A program made the position numbers and the translations under genes. 56,369 bases of DNA, from IMG/VR virus record IMGVR_UViG_3300031919_000004, positions 1-56,369 of that record, one strand, 5' to 3'. Positions 25,940-34,512 of this stretch are shown here, in pieces; within the stretch, counting starts at the first letter, position 1; each line of letters begins with the position of its first letter. The notes below the pieces were generated by a model. It saw only the letters and a program-made list of their open reading frames with translations, searched no databases and was not told the origin of the DNA. Source of the DNA: a virus. Taxonomy: Duplodnaviria > Caudoviricetes.

Positions 25940-26544
25940 TGTCAGTTATAATCAGCGGCGGGACGTACCACGCAAGGGAACGACTGAAGGAGAAGGGGTT
26001 TAAATGGAAGCCGAACAAAAAGCACTGGATACGGGAATTTACTAATACAGAGAAATTCAAGGCATTTGATACGGATGAACTGGAGCTTGAGGATTGTTTA
26101 GTGGTCAAGAAAAGGTTTCATCGGGTTGTATGGTGGAGAGAGTACAAAGGGGATAAGCCGGAAGGAGAACAGGAAGGAAATAGGAAACAGCGGAGAGCGG
26201 TGAGAATAACGATTCCGGCATGGTTGGCAAGACAGCACGGAGTAACAAGGGAATTGGAAGGGTATATTTTAAGGTACAGCCGGAGAGGAATATATTTTGA
26301 AGGACATGCCACCACGGGCGATTTTGTACGGTGTGCAAGGTGCGGAAGGGCATTAACAAATGATGTTTCAAGGCTTATCGGTATCGGCCCGGAATGTTGT
26401 GCAAAGTTGGGGATTGGCCGGAGCGAATATGAGCAACTGGCACGGACGGAAGAAGGACAAGAGCAATTAAGGCAACAGATACGGCAGATTAGATTAGAAA
26501 CATGGTTGCCGAGGAACCGAGTGGAGATTGAATACATGGATTAA
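25936..26544 (+). CDS. DUF6011 Zn-finger domain protein
   Basis: CARCGRALTNDVSRLIGIGPEC; N-term GTYHARERLKEKGFKW. Confidence 0.75.
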   Translation: MMSVIISGGTYHARERLKEKGFKWKPNKKHWIREFTNTEKFKAFDTDELELEDCLVVKKRFHRVVWWREYKGDKPEGEQEGNRKQRRAVRITIPAWLARQHGVTRELEGYILRYSRRGIYFEGHATTGDFVRCARCGRALTNDVSRLIGIGPECCAKLGIGRSEYEQLARTEEGQEQLRQQIRQIRLETWLPRNRVEIEYMD

Positions 26545-26568
26545 GGGCTAAAAAGTCCTCTTTTTTTA

Positions 26569-26597
26569 TTGTGAGGACGGGCATATTTTGGTATAAT
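26569..26597 (+). promoter_or_regulatory. sigma-A promoter
   Basis: TTGTGA-N17-TATAAT with extended TG. Confidence 0.65.
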
Positions 26598-26629
26598 TAA
26601 GATACAAAATAAAGCGAAGGGGGAATATT

Positions 26630-27013
26630 ATGAGGACAGTAGAGAGAAAGAAAAAATTTGGCTCAAAGCATGTTTTAATTATCCTTGCAGTATTTTTCAT
26701 AATGGCAATAGCAGGGGTAGGAGCGGGAACGGATGACGGGACGAAGCAGGACACAAACAGGGCATATCCATCTGAAGCGGCGATAGCGGCAGAGGAGTTT
26801 GTTAAAGACATACTTAAAGCACCCGGAACGGCAGAGTTTAACTCTTATGACCCGGACAAAGTAACAGAGATTGAGAAGAATAGGTTTAAAGTAACGGGAT
26901 GGGTTGATGCCGAAAATAGTTTTGGAGCAAAGATAAGGAGTAGGTATTTAGCTGTTGTGAGGTATGAGCCGACTGACGGTAAATGGTGTTTAGAAGAAAT
27001 TAGCATAAACTAA
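26630..27013 (+). CDS. membrane-anchored/exported protein
   Basis: Basic N-term plus TM/signal segment; LKAPGTAEF...WVDAENSFGAKIR. Confidence 0.75.
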   Translation: MRTVERKKKFGSKHVLIILAVFFIMAIAGVGAGTDDGTKQDTNRAYPSEAAIAAEEFVKDILKAPGTAEFNSYDPDKVTEIEKNRFKVTGWVDAENSFGAKIRSRYLAVVRYEPTDGKWCLEEISIN

Positions 27014-27044
27014 AAAAGCGGACTGAAAAGTCCGTTATTTTTTT
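27013..27044. terminator. bidirectional terminator
   Basis: A6-G-CGGACT-GAAA-AGTCCG-TTA-T7; U-tract on both strands. Confidence 0.75.
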
Positions 27045-27230
27045 GTCCCTTGTCAAGAGCATTTAATACTCATCCCTCCAGAAATAATAATTGACAGGGG
27101 ACTTGATATTTAATTTTAATATGTAGTTAGCCGGGGTGGGAGGCGTTTCTACCCCGGCTTTTATATTGTGGAGGCGTAAGAGGTGGAGGGAGGTGCTTGG
27201 AGGATACCACCGGTAAGTGGAACCCACCCT
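27013..27230 (-). ncRNA. candidate sRNA carrying five CCUCC anti-SD motifs
   Basis: Class I promoter on - strand at 27265-27237; no convincing ORF; hairpins at 27130-27159 and 27045-27102; ends at the bidirectional terminator. Confidence 0.5.
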
Positions 27231-27236
27231 GTAATT

Positions 27237-27265
27237 ATATTACCATAAGTCCTAAAGAAATGCAA
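27237..27265 (-). promoter_or_regulatory. class I promoter (minus strand)
   Basis: Reverse complement reads TTGCAT-N17(..TATGG)-TAATAT. Confidence 0.7.
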
Positions 27266-27274
27266 CCCATTTAA

Positions 27275-27303
27275 TTGAAAAAGCCTAAAAAATTTGTTAT
27301 AAT
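27275..27303 (+). promoter_or_regulatory. sigma-A promoter divergent from the candidate sRNA
   Basis: TTGAAA-N17-TATAAT with extended TG. Confidence 0.75.
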
Positions 27304-27404
27304 ATAAATACCCCGGTAAGGTCAAGGGCAACTATATAACCCCTATGTTGTCCTTGTTTCTATTTAGTCTAATATAATTTATTATAGGTATTTATATAGT
27401 ATAT

Positions 27405-27429
27405 ATTTAAGGGACAGATTTGTCCTCTG
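27405..27429. repeat. GGACA-N4-TGTCC palindrome, third copy
   Basis: TTTAAGGGACAGATTTGTCCTCTG matches 6100-6143; preceded by ~50 bp of AT-rich sequence. Confidence 0.6.
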
Positions 27430-27456
27430 GAGAAACAATTCTGACAATTTAACCAA

Positions 27457-27488
27457 ACTTCATATTCCAAGTCCTTTTGTAGTATATA
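27457..27488 (+). promoter_or_regulatory. class II promoter
   Basis: ACTTCA-N18(..TTGT)-AGTATATA. Confidence 0.7.
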
Positions 27489-27518
27489 TTTTAAAGGATT
27501 ATTTAGGGAGGGTACTGC

Positions 27519-27941
27519 ATGAGAAAACATTCAAACAAGCAGGAAAAGAGGGTAAGTAAATTTGTAGGAGGGAGGAAGAAAGCGAACAGCGGGGCGACTC
27601 CGTTTGACCCCGGTGACGTTGGGCTTGATGATGCCTTGATTGAGTGCAAAACCAAGGCGAAGCCGAGCAAGAGCATAACGCTAAAGGAGGAGTTTTTTAG
27701 AAAGATAAGGGAGGAGGCAACCTTAAAGGGTAAGCCTTTTGCCTTTGTTACATTTAGCTTTGACAATATAACGGACTATTACAGCATGGACGCTCACCAA
27801 TGGAAGGCATTATACCAAGCCTACCGGACGTTGGGGCGGATTATTGCCGAGGCGTTGGACGGGGAAATAAATGATATGGTGGAGGATGACGAGTTGACAT
27901 TACTCCTGAAGCGAATTATTAGAGAGGAGGGGGGCCATTGA
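27519..27941 (+). CDS. Hjc-like PD-(D/E)XK Holliday junction resolvase/endonuclease
   Basis: QEKRV...NSGAT...GDV...LIECKT. Confidence 0.75.
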   Translation: MRKHSNKQEKRVSKFVGGRKKANSGATPFDPGDVGLDDALIECKTKAKPSKSITLKEEFFRKIREEATLKGKPFAFVTFSFDNITDYYSMDAHQWKALYQAYRTLGRIIAEALDGEINDMVEDDELTLLLKRIIREEGGH

Positions 27942-28417
27942 GGTTTAGACTTGGAGGCATTAATGATTTTTCAACTATTGACGGTGACGGGATTGCTTTT
28001 GTGGTCTTTTTTCAAGGTTGCCGGAAGCGGTGTAAAGGGTGTCATAACCCAGAGCTACAGCCTTTTGATGGTGGCAGGGAAGTAGATACCGAGGAAATTA
28101 TCCACCTGATACGGGACTACGGAGAGGACTATGACTCCGTGGTGTTTCAAGGTGGGGAACCTTTGGAACAGGTTGAGCCTTTAAGGGAAATGATGCAAGC
28201 CGTAAGGCAAATGGGTTTGAGGGTTTGGCTATATACGGGATACGAATTACAAGAGGTTCCAGAGGAAGTTCTGCGGCTATGTGATGTGGTTGTTGCAGGG
28301 GAGTATAAGGAGGGGCTGGCTACGGGCAGGTTCCCGGCAAGTAGTAACCAAGCGGTAGTTCATGTGTATGTTGATAGAATAGGAGGGATTTATTTTGCTA
28401 ATTGGTCTGACGTTTGA
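27938..28417 (+). CDS. nrdG: anaerobic ribonucleotide reductase activase (radical SAM)
   Basis: FFQGCRKRCKGCHNPE, GGEPL, YTGY, SSNQ; adjacent to nrdD. Confidence 0.92.
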   Translation: MRFRLGGINDFSTIDGDGIAFVVFFQGCRKRCKGCHNPELQPFDGGREVDTEEIIHLIRDYGEDYDSVVFQGGEPLEQVEPLREMMQAVRQMGLRVWLYTGYELQEVPEEVLRLCDVVVAGEYKEGLATGRFPASSNQAVVHVYVDRIGGIYFANWSDV

Positions 28418-30308
28418 AAGCGATTTTGAAAAACTGTATTATAACTATGCAAAAGACCCGGACAGGGTGAAATTATTGGATTTGGACGGAATAAGTCCGA
28501 GGAAGGTTGACGTTGGGCAAATGTCACATAATTACTTCACAAAGAAGTTGTCTGATACTTCGGTTGATATGAACGCTAACGCAAATGAGGAATTAAGTGC
28601 CAATAATTACCAAGCGGAAGTAACCAAGGGTATTTTGAAGCTGGAGGGGTATTATCTACTGTGGAGGTATGCTAAAAAGCGGTTCGGATTACAGCGGGCA
28701 AATGAGTTTATCTCCGCTATTTTAGATGGGAAGGTATATTTCCATGATGCTTCCGGGCATGGGGTGCAGGTTCCTTATTGTTTTGCTTATTCTACAAGTC
28801 ATTTAATGACGGAGGGCAGGCCATACGGACAATTGCAAAGCGTACCGCCTAAACGGGCAGATAGTTTTATTGCTCAGGTTATTGAAACTACAATGGATAT
28901 GTCTCAAGAATTTGTCGGGGCGGTAGCACCGGGGGATTTGATTGTAAACTTGTGTTATTACCTTAAAAAAGAAGGAATTGACCCGGATACGGAAGAAGGG
29001 GCTAAATATGTCCGCAACCAGTGGCAGAAATTTGTTCACGTTATGAATAATAAATTTAGGGTGAGCGGTCAAAGTCCTTTCACGAATGTCTCTATTTTTG
29101 ATAGGGAAAACCTGCGAAAATTGTTTAAGGAGTATAGGTATCCAGACGGTTCCGAGGTTGATATTGAGTATATAATGAAAGTCCAAAAGATTTGTGCAGG
29201 ATTTTTTAGTAAGGGCGACCCGTCAAGCGGTTTACCGTATAGGTTCCCGGTAATAACGGCTAATGTTAGCGTTGATGAGAATAGAAGGCCGCTGGATGAG
29301 GATTTTGTTGATTTCATAGCACAGACTAACTGTGAAAATGGAGTCTACAATATTTACGCAAATGAAGGTTCTAAAATTGCTATGTGTTGCAGGTTTATTA
29401 ATGACACGGAGAGGATGGAATACCGGGCTGATACCTTTGGTAACGGTGGCTTAAATATAGGTTCCCATAGGGTTGTGACAATTAATCTGCCCCGGATAGC
29501 ACTTGAAGCACGGGGCGACAAGGAGAAATTTTTCAATATTTTAGAGGAACGGCTACAAATAGCAAAAGAGTTGTTGTTGGTTCATAGGGAGGAAATTCTC
29601 CGGCGTAGAATTGAACGGGGGTTCCTGAAATTCTTTAATCCCTTGAAGTGGTTTAACCTTAATATGTTTTTTAGCACCATTGGTATCAACGGAGTATATG
29701 AGGCTTGCTATTTCATGGGATTGCCTATGGAGAAGGAGGAAGGACAAGAGTTTGCAGAAAGCGTTCTAATGGCAATGGAAAAAAGAGCTTTGGAATTCAG
29801 CAAGGAGACAGGAAACTCATTTAATACAGAGGAGATTCCGGCAGAGTCCACGGCTATTACGTTGGCACGGAAAGACAAACTGCTGTTTGGCGATAGGCAG
29901 GTCTTTGAATTATACAGCAACCAATACTTGCCTCTTATAGCTGATGTTACTATGATGGAACGAATTAAGCTGTCTGGCAAGTTTATGAAAATATTGAGCG
30001 GTGGCGGGATAATGCACTTGAATGTCCAAGAGAAAGTAAAAAATCCCGAAACAATGAAAAAGCTCATCATGGTTGTTTTAAAATACGGGGTTGAACACTT
30101 CGCAGTAAACTACGGTTTTGGCGAATGTGAGAACGGGCATACTTCGGTAGTAGGTACAGAGAAAACCTGTCCTATCTGTGCTGGCAAGATAACGGATTAC
30201 TATACAAGGGTTATCGGATATTTTACACGGGTAAGCTCATGGGGCGAAGTGCGGAGAGAATTTGAATACCCACGGAGGAAGTTTAAAAATGTTCGAGTGG
30301 GGGGCTAA
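28395..30308 (+). CDS. nrdD: class III anaerobic ribonucleoside-triphosphate reductase
   Basis: YFHD...PYC, QSPFTNVS, MCCR, TINLPR, PAES, CPIC, TRVIGY glycyl-radical motif. Confidence 0.95.
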   Translation: MLIGLTFESDFEKLYYNYAKDPDRVKLLDLDGISPRKVDVGQMSHNYFTKKLSDTSVDMNANANEELSANNYQAEVTKGILKLEGYYLLWRYAKKRFGLQRANEFISAILDGKVYFHDASGHGVQVPYCFAYSTSHLMTEGRPYGQLQSVPPKRADSFIAQVIETTMDMSQEFVGAVAPGDLIVNLCYYLKKEGIDPDTEEGAKYVRNQWQKFVHVMNNKFRVSGQSPFTNVSIFDRENLRKLFKEYRYPDGSEVDIEYIMKVQKICAGFFSKGDPSSGLPYRFPVITANVSVDENRRPLDEDFVDFIAQTNCENGVYNIYANEGSKIAMCCRFINDTERMEYRADTFGNGGLNIGSHRVVTINLPRIALEARGDKEKFFNILEERLQIAKELLLVHREEILRRRIERGFLKFFNPLKWFNLNMFFSTIGINGVYEACYFMGLPMEKEEGQEFAESVLMAMEKRALEFSKETGNSFNTEEIPAESTAITLARKDKLLFGDRQVFELYSNQYLPLIADVTMMERIKLSGKFMKILSGGGIMHLNVQEKVKNPETMKKLIMVVLKYGVEHFAVNYGFGECENGHTSVVGTEKTCPICAGKITDYYTRVIGYFTRVSSWGEVRREFEYPRRKFKNVRVGG

Positions 30309-30322
30309 ATTTTTAGCTCCTT

Positions 30323-30354
30323 ACTTAACTTTTAAGAGTGGTTTGTAATAAATA
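30323..30354 (+). promoter_or_regulatory. class II promoter
   Basis: ACTTAA-N18(..TTGT)-AATAAATA. Confidence 0.7.
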
Positions 30355-30385
30355 CTAACAAGAACATTAAAGAGGAGGTAAGAGA

Positions 30386-30712
30386 ATGGACGAAAAAGGG
30401 TACAGTTTACTTGTTTATCTGGCAAAGGATTGCAGAGGAAAAGGAAGGGCGGTGAGAGGAAAGCACTTGGCAACCATTTTTAATTTGAACGGTACGGCTG
30501 AAGTGCGGAAGCTGGTGAATAGTTTAAGGGCGCAGGGTTACCCGGTTGGGAGTTGTAACACAGGTTATTACTTCATGTCCAGCTCTCAAGAAGTGGAGGA
30601 GACACTTGCGGGTTTATGGGGTAGAATTGATGCTATGATGTTGGCGGTGAATGGTTTGGAGCAAGCAAGAGCAAAGATGCTCAATAATTTAAAAATTAAG
30701 GAGGTTGTTTAA
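30386..30712 (+). CDS. winged-helix DNA-binding protein
   Basis: AEVRKLVNSLRAQGYPVGSCNTGYY. Confidence 0.7.
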   Translation: MDEKGYSLLVYLAKDCRGKGRAVRGKHLATIFNLNGTAEVRKLVNSLRAQGYPVGSCNTGYYFMSSSQEVEETLAGLWGRIDAMMLAVNGLEQARAKMLNNLKIKEVV

Positions 30713-30717
30713 AAGTG

Positions 30718-30957
30718 ATGGGAGATAAGCTGACTAAAAATGGGAAGGCGGTTCAAAGCGTGGAGTCTGTACTTTCAATCTTCACGGACATTGTAAACAA
30801 GTTGAAACAGTAGAGGGCGGTTCTGTCGGAGACTTACGTCGAGAACGTGGCTATCATTGATAAGGCTACGGATATGAATAATTACATTGCAGAGGAGGTT
30901 AAAAAGATTGATGCTGTTACTGAAAAGATTGAAAACCTTGTCGGGTCTCAAGGATAA
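30718..30957 (+). pseudogene. coiled-coil ORF interrupted by in-frame TAG (30811-30813)
   Basis: SD AAGGAGG; MGDKLTKNG...VNKLKQ*RAVLSETY...KIENLVGSQG reads as one protein across the stop. Confidence 0.55.
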
Positions 30958-31390
30958 AGTAAAGGTAAAATACTTCGACCCGGCACTTCCCGGAATCCAA
31001 ATAACCGAGAAAGGTGATTGGATTGACCTGCGGAGCCGGATTGATGTTGAGTACAAAGCCGGGGACTATGTGAAAATTCCATTGGGAATTGCAATGAAGT
31101 TGCCGGAGGGAAAAGAGGCTTGGGTTGTTTCAAGGGGTTCAACCTTTAAGAAGTTCGGTATCATTCAAGCTAATTCTCCCGGCATTGTGGACAACAGTTT
31201 CTGCGGTGACGGGGACGAATGGCACTTCTTTGGGATCGCATTAAGGGACGGGCGAATTGCTAAAACGGACAGAATTTGTCAGTTCCGCATAATTGATAAA
31301 ATGGACGTAAATCCACCTTCGGTATTTGAAACGGTGCAATATTTGGGGAACCCGGATAGAGGTATGCAGGGTTCCACGGGATATAAATAA
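30911..31390 (+). CDS. dut: trimeric dUTPase (start uncertain)
   Basis: GDWIDL, SRGST, GIVDNSFCG, DRICQF, DRGMQGSTG. Confidence 0.9.
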   Translation: MLLLKRLKTLSGLKDKVKVKYFDPALPGIQITEKGDWIDLRSRIDVEYKAGDYVKIPLGIAMKLPEGKEAWVVSRGSTFKKFGIIQANSPGIVDNSFCGDGDEWHFFGIALRDGRIAKTDRICQFRIIDKMDVNPPSVFETVQYLGNPDRGMQGSTGYK

Positions 31391-31405
31391 GGGGAGGCAA
31401 TGTAA

Positions 31406-32026
31406 ATGAAATTTAAGCCAGGTGATAAGGTTGAGGCGGTAAAGGATATTTGTGACGGAATGTTCTCTACCTACGGTAAGCGGGGGGAAGTTAAGGCAGT
31501 TGAGAACCGTTGGTATGCAGTTGAATTTTTTGAGTATGTTGATGGGCATGAGTGTAACGGACGTACCAAAAGTGGTCACGGGGTATGGTGTATAGATAGT
31601 GATCTAAAAAGATTGGAGTATCCTCGCCTTGAATTCTTTATTAGGGATAGGGTACTGACATACCTCAAGAAGAACGCAGACTACGGGGATTCTTTCAACA
31701 AGTCTCTTGAAAAGTTCGGAGAAGTGGCCCATAAGGTGAGAGCATTTGACAAGGTGAACAGGATTCTGAATTTGGCAGATGGTAAAAAGGCGAATGTTGA
31801 GGATGAGGATATGAGGCAGACCTTACTTGATCTGTTCAACTATACCGTAATGACAAAGATGTTCTTTGAGGATAGGAATACAATTCTTGATTTCATTGAG
31901 ATTGCGAACTTCTTTGCAGAGAACCCGGACAATTTCATACAGTACCTTGAAACGGTCGGCGTACTTGACGAGACACCGGAAATATTTTATACTATAGTTA
32001 AGGAGAATATTCCAGGTAAACAATAA
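31406..32026 (+). CDS. SH3-like N-terminus fused to DUF1599 (nucleotide-modification-associated) domain
   Basis: KKNADYGDSF...RAFDKVNRI...TLLDLFNY. Confidence 0.8.
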   Translation: MKFKPGDKVEAVKDICDGMFSTYGKRGEVKAVENRWYAVEFFEYVDGHECNGRTKSGHGVWCIDSDLKRLEYPRLEFFIRDRVLTYLKKNADYGDSFNKSLEKFGEVAHKVRAFDKVNRILNLADGKKANVEDEDMRQTLLDLFNYTVMTKMFFEDRNTILDFIEIANFFAENPDNFIQYLETVGVLDETPEIFYTIVKENIPGKQ

Positions 32027-32048
32027 GACACGAAAGGAGGGGACGACC

Positions 32049-32465
32049 CTGGGAAAGTCCCGTGATGTAACCCATGACAGTTTAATGAACGCTGTGGACT
32101 ACTCAAGTGTCCGTTCCCTCAAACGGGCAATATCAAGTTTGCCCTTTTTCGAGGAGCTGGCGGGTAAGGGAAACCTGTCAGCTATGGTTATTCTTATCGA
32201 CTTGAAAAAGGCGTTGGGATTGTACGAAGGGGGACGGGGAGCAGTAACAGATAAACAACGGCAAGCCATTTTTAGTGTCTATGTATGCGGAAAGACACAG
32301 GAACAAGCTGCTCAAGAAATGGGCTTGACCCGGCAGGGGGTTGGCTTTTTGATTATTTCCGGCCTGAAATTGATACAGAAGTATTTACTTGAGGGGAAGG
32401 TTGGAAACGTATATTTAGACGAGAACGAAAAGAAATTCTTTGTTGATTACTACCATAGATTGTAG
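32049..32465 (+). CDS. sigma-70 region-4-like HTH regulator (putative late activator); probable CTG start
   Basis: VTDKQRQAI...TQEQAAQEMGLTRQGV; the only strong SD (AAGGAGG 32034-32040) is 8 nt before an in-frame CTG. Confidence 0.75.
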   Translation: MGKSRDVTHDSLMNAVDYSSVRSLKRAISSLPFFEELAGKGNLSAMVILIDLKKALGLYEGGRGAVTDKQRQAIFSVYVCGKTQEQAAQEMGLTRQGVGFLIISGLKLIQKYLLEGKVGNVYLDENEKKFFVDYYHRL

Positions 32466-32477
32466 GGGGTGAGATGG

Positions 32478-32684
32478 TTGGAGGACATTGTAACTCAATG
32501 GTTAAGGGATAATGATCCCTATTATACAAGCCGGGACTCTGATAAACGAGCAAAAGAGGAGTATCCATATTTGACAGAGCGGAGGCAGCGGAGGGTAAAA
32601 GAAAAAGAGATTCCAATGAGCCAAATACACCCAACGCACTTGGAAAGCAGTATTTCAGAAGAAGATTTGAGCCTGTTTGAATAA
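32478..32684 (+). CDS. conserved phage protein (EYPYLTER motif)
   Basis: SD GGGGGTG + TTG; motif recalled from neighbours of such region-4 regulators. Confidence 0.55.
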   Translation: MEDIVTQWLRDNDPYYTSRDSDKRAKEEYPYLTERRQRRVKEKEIPMSQIHPTHLESSISEEDLSLFE

Positions 32685-32716
32685 TTACCCTTTAAGTTCA
32701 ATGAGGGTAATTTTTT
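32683..32716 (+). terminator. Rho-independent terminator
   Basis: AATTACCCT-loop-AGGGTAATT followed by Ts. Confidence 0.7.
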
Positions 32717-32724
32717 ATTGCATT

Positions 32725-32763
32725 TTACTTGCATTTTGGTTTCTAACGTGGGTTATCTATTGA
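32725..32763 (+). promoter_or_regulatory. class III (putative late) promoter
   Basis: TTACTTGC-N16-TGG-NN-TATCTATTGA. Confidence 0.7.
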
Positions 32764-32793
32764 AGGGAACTATAACCATAAGGCGGTGAGGTC

Positions 32794-33417
32794 ATGGAAC
32801 TGAAAAAAGTACGGACGGAGGAACTGCGCCCTAATGAATATAATCCAAACAAAATGAGCGGGGCAAAATATGAGGTTATGAAAAGCAATATAGCCGAGGA
32901 AGGTATGCTACAACCTTTACTTGTCAATGAGGATATGACTATCATTGATGGCTACCATAGGTGGAAGGCTTGTAAGGAGTTAGGCATTGAGGAGGTCTGG
33001 GCGGTTATTATCTCAGACGGTGAGGAGAGGGCAAAGTTAAAGACTTTGGCAATGAATAAGATAAGGGGTAAAAATAATCCGGTATTATTTGCAGACCTCT
33101 TGAAAAGCCTGTTGGAGCAGGACGAATTTGACGAGGAGTTTATCTCCGTTAACACGGGTATTGATGTATCTGACATAAATGACATTATCAAGTTAAGCGA
33201 ACTGGATGACAATTTTGATTTTGACGACTTCTTTAATGATGACGAGGAGGAGTCTGTAAGGATTTCTGAAATTTTAGGCAAGAGCAAGCTACCTGCCCGG
33301 ATAGGGAGAGTGATTGCTGACGGGATTGAGGTACTGGATGCTATGGGGTACGAGTTGGAGGCTTGGCAGATAATGTACTTGTACCTTAAACTTTACTTGG
33401 AGGAGTTGGAAGCATGA
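32794..33417 (+). CDS. ParB/Srx N-terminal domain protein 1
   Basis: LRPNEYNPN, GMLQPLLV, IIDGYHRW, MNKIRG. Confidence 0.9.
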   Translation: MELKKVRTEELRPNEYNPNKMSGAKYEVMKSNIAEEGMLQPLLVNEDMTIIDGYHRWKACKELGIEEVWAVIISDGEERAKLKTLAMNKIRGKNNPVLFADLLKSLLEQDEFDEEFISVNTGIDVSDINDIIKLSELDDNFDFDDFFNDDEEESVRISEILGKSKLPARIGRVIADGIEVLDAMGYELEAWQIMYLYLKLYLEELEA

Positions 33418-34130
33418 TTGTAAAGAAATTACCTGTAACGGAAATAAAACCGAATAATTATAATCCTAACAGGATGGAACAGGAGCAATATGAGAGCCTA
33501 AAGCATGCCATACAAAAATATGGCATGTTACAGCCTATTTTAGTCCGGCAGGATATGACCATAATTGACGGGTACCATAGGTGGAAAGCAAGTAAGGAAG
33601 TAGGGCTATCTGAAATTTGGGCGGTAGTGGTGGAGAGTGGCCACGAAGAAGCGAAGCTCAAAACGATAGCCTTTAATAATTTGCGGGGCAGTAATGATGA
33701 TGAACTCCTTGGTTCTATTATGGATGAATTGACCAATTACTTCAGTATTGATGAGATTATCATTGAAACGGGCTTCACTTATGATGAGATAAAGGACATC
33801 TTTGCTTTCAATGACTTGGATATGGCCATTTTTGAGGAAATGGAACAGGCGACACGGCTCACGGATGAGGATGACGGGGAAGATGGGCCGGAGGATAATG
33901 ACGAGGATAAGGAAGAAAAAGAGAAGGAAGTCCAATTCTCTGTCTCCGGTTTATTTGGTAGCAAGTTAATACCGAAGAAAATAGCGAATAAGTTGTTGTT
34001 GATGTTCGAGGAGATTGCCGCCTATGATGATGCCTCAAATGATGTTATCTTGGCTCATGCAGTAGAGAAGTGCCGGGATAAGATAAGGCAGGTGGATATT
34101 AACAATTATTTAGAGGAGTTGAAACCATGA
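33414..34130 (+). CDS. ParB/Srx N-terminal domain protein 2
   Basis: IKPNNYNPN, GMLQPILV, IIDGYHRW, FNNLRG; tandem paralogue with acidic linker. Confidence 0.9.
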   Translation: MIVKKLPVTEIKPNNYNPNRMEQEQYESLKHAIQKYGMLQPILVRQDMTIIDGYHRWKASKEVGLSEIWAVVVESGHEEAKLKTIAFNNLRGSNDDELLGSIMDELTNYFSIDEIIIETGFTYDEIKDIFAFNDLDMAIFEEMEQATRLTDEDDGEDGPEDNDEDKEEKEKEVQFSVSGLFGSKLIPKKIANKLLLMFEEIAAYDDASNDVILAHAVEKCRDKIRQVDINNYLEELKP

Positions 34131-34510
34131 CTAAAGAAAGGATAGGCTTCAAGCCTGAAGAAGAACGGGGAATACAACGGATTGAAGAAGAACCGAAGGT
34201 AAGCTCTTTACCGAAAAAGTTGATTATAGGCAGTAATGTCTATGAGGTTGAGGAGTCTAACGGGGTAATTATTCTGGAGGGACAGCAATGCTCCGGCCTG
34301 ATTGATATTGGTTTTGGGAAAATTGTGGTTGATAGGCAGTTGAGCGAAGGGGCAAAGAGGAATACACTCATGCACGAAGTAACTCACGGCATTGATGAAT
34401 TTTTAGAGATTGGTCTAAACGAGGCAAAGACTGATAAGGTGGCAAAGGGTATGCTAATGGTATTGAGGCAGAACCCGGCCTTGGTTGACTACTTGTTAAG
34501 GGAGGAATAA
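34127..34510 (+). CDS. small zincin-like metalloprotein
   Basis: TLMHEVTH (HExxH)...E, VLRQNP. Confidence 0.7.
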   Translation: MTKERIGFKPEEERGIQRIEEEPKVSSLPKKLIIGSNVYEVEESNGVIILEGQQCSGLIDIGFGKIVVDRQLSEGAKRNTLMHEVTHGIDEFLEIGLNEAKTDKVAKGMLMVLRQNPALVDYLLREE

Positions 34511-34512
34511 GC

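Noticed and set aside
27197-27274. 25-aa + strand ORF (TTG start, MEDTTGKWNPPC...) behind GGAGG motifs
   Set aside because: No recognisable features and it overlaps the minus-strand promoter; cannot be excluded but is unsupported
30811-32465. Genome-wide TAG recoding (in-frame TAGs at 30811 and 32463)
   Set aside because: TAG ends genes normally elsewhere (7099 before a terminator, 17660), no suppressor tRNA was seen, and the ORF after 32465 has its own RBS and TTG
32794-34130. Plasmid-prophage partition system
   Set aside because: No ParA/ParM/TubZ partner or evident parS array; the ParB-N genes are coupled to a glycosyltransferase instead
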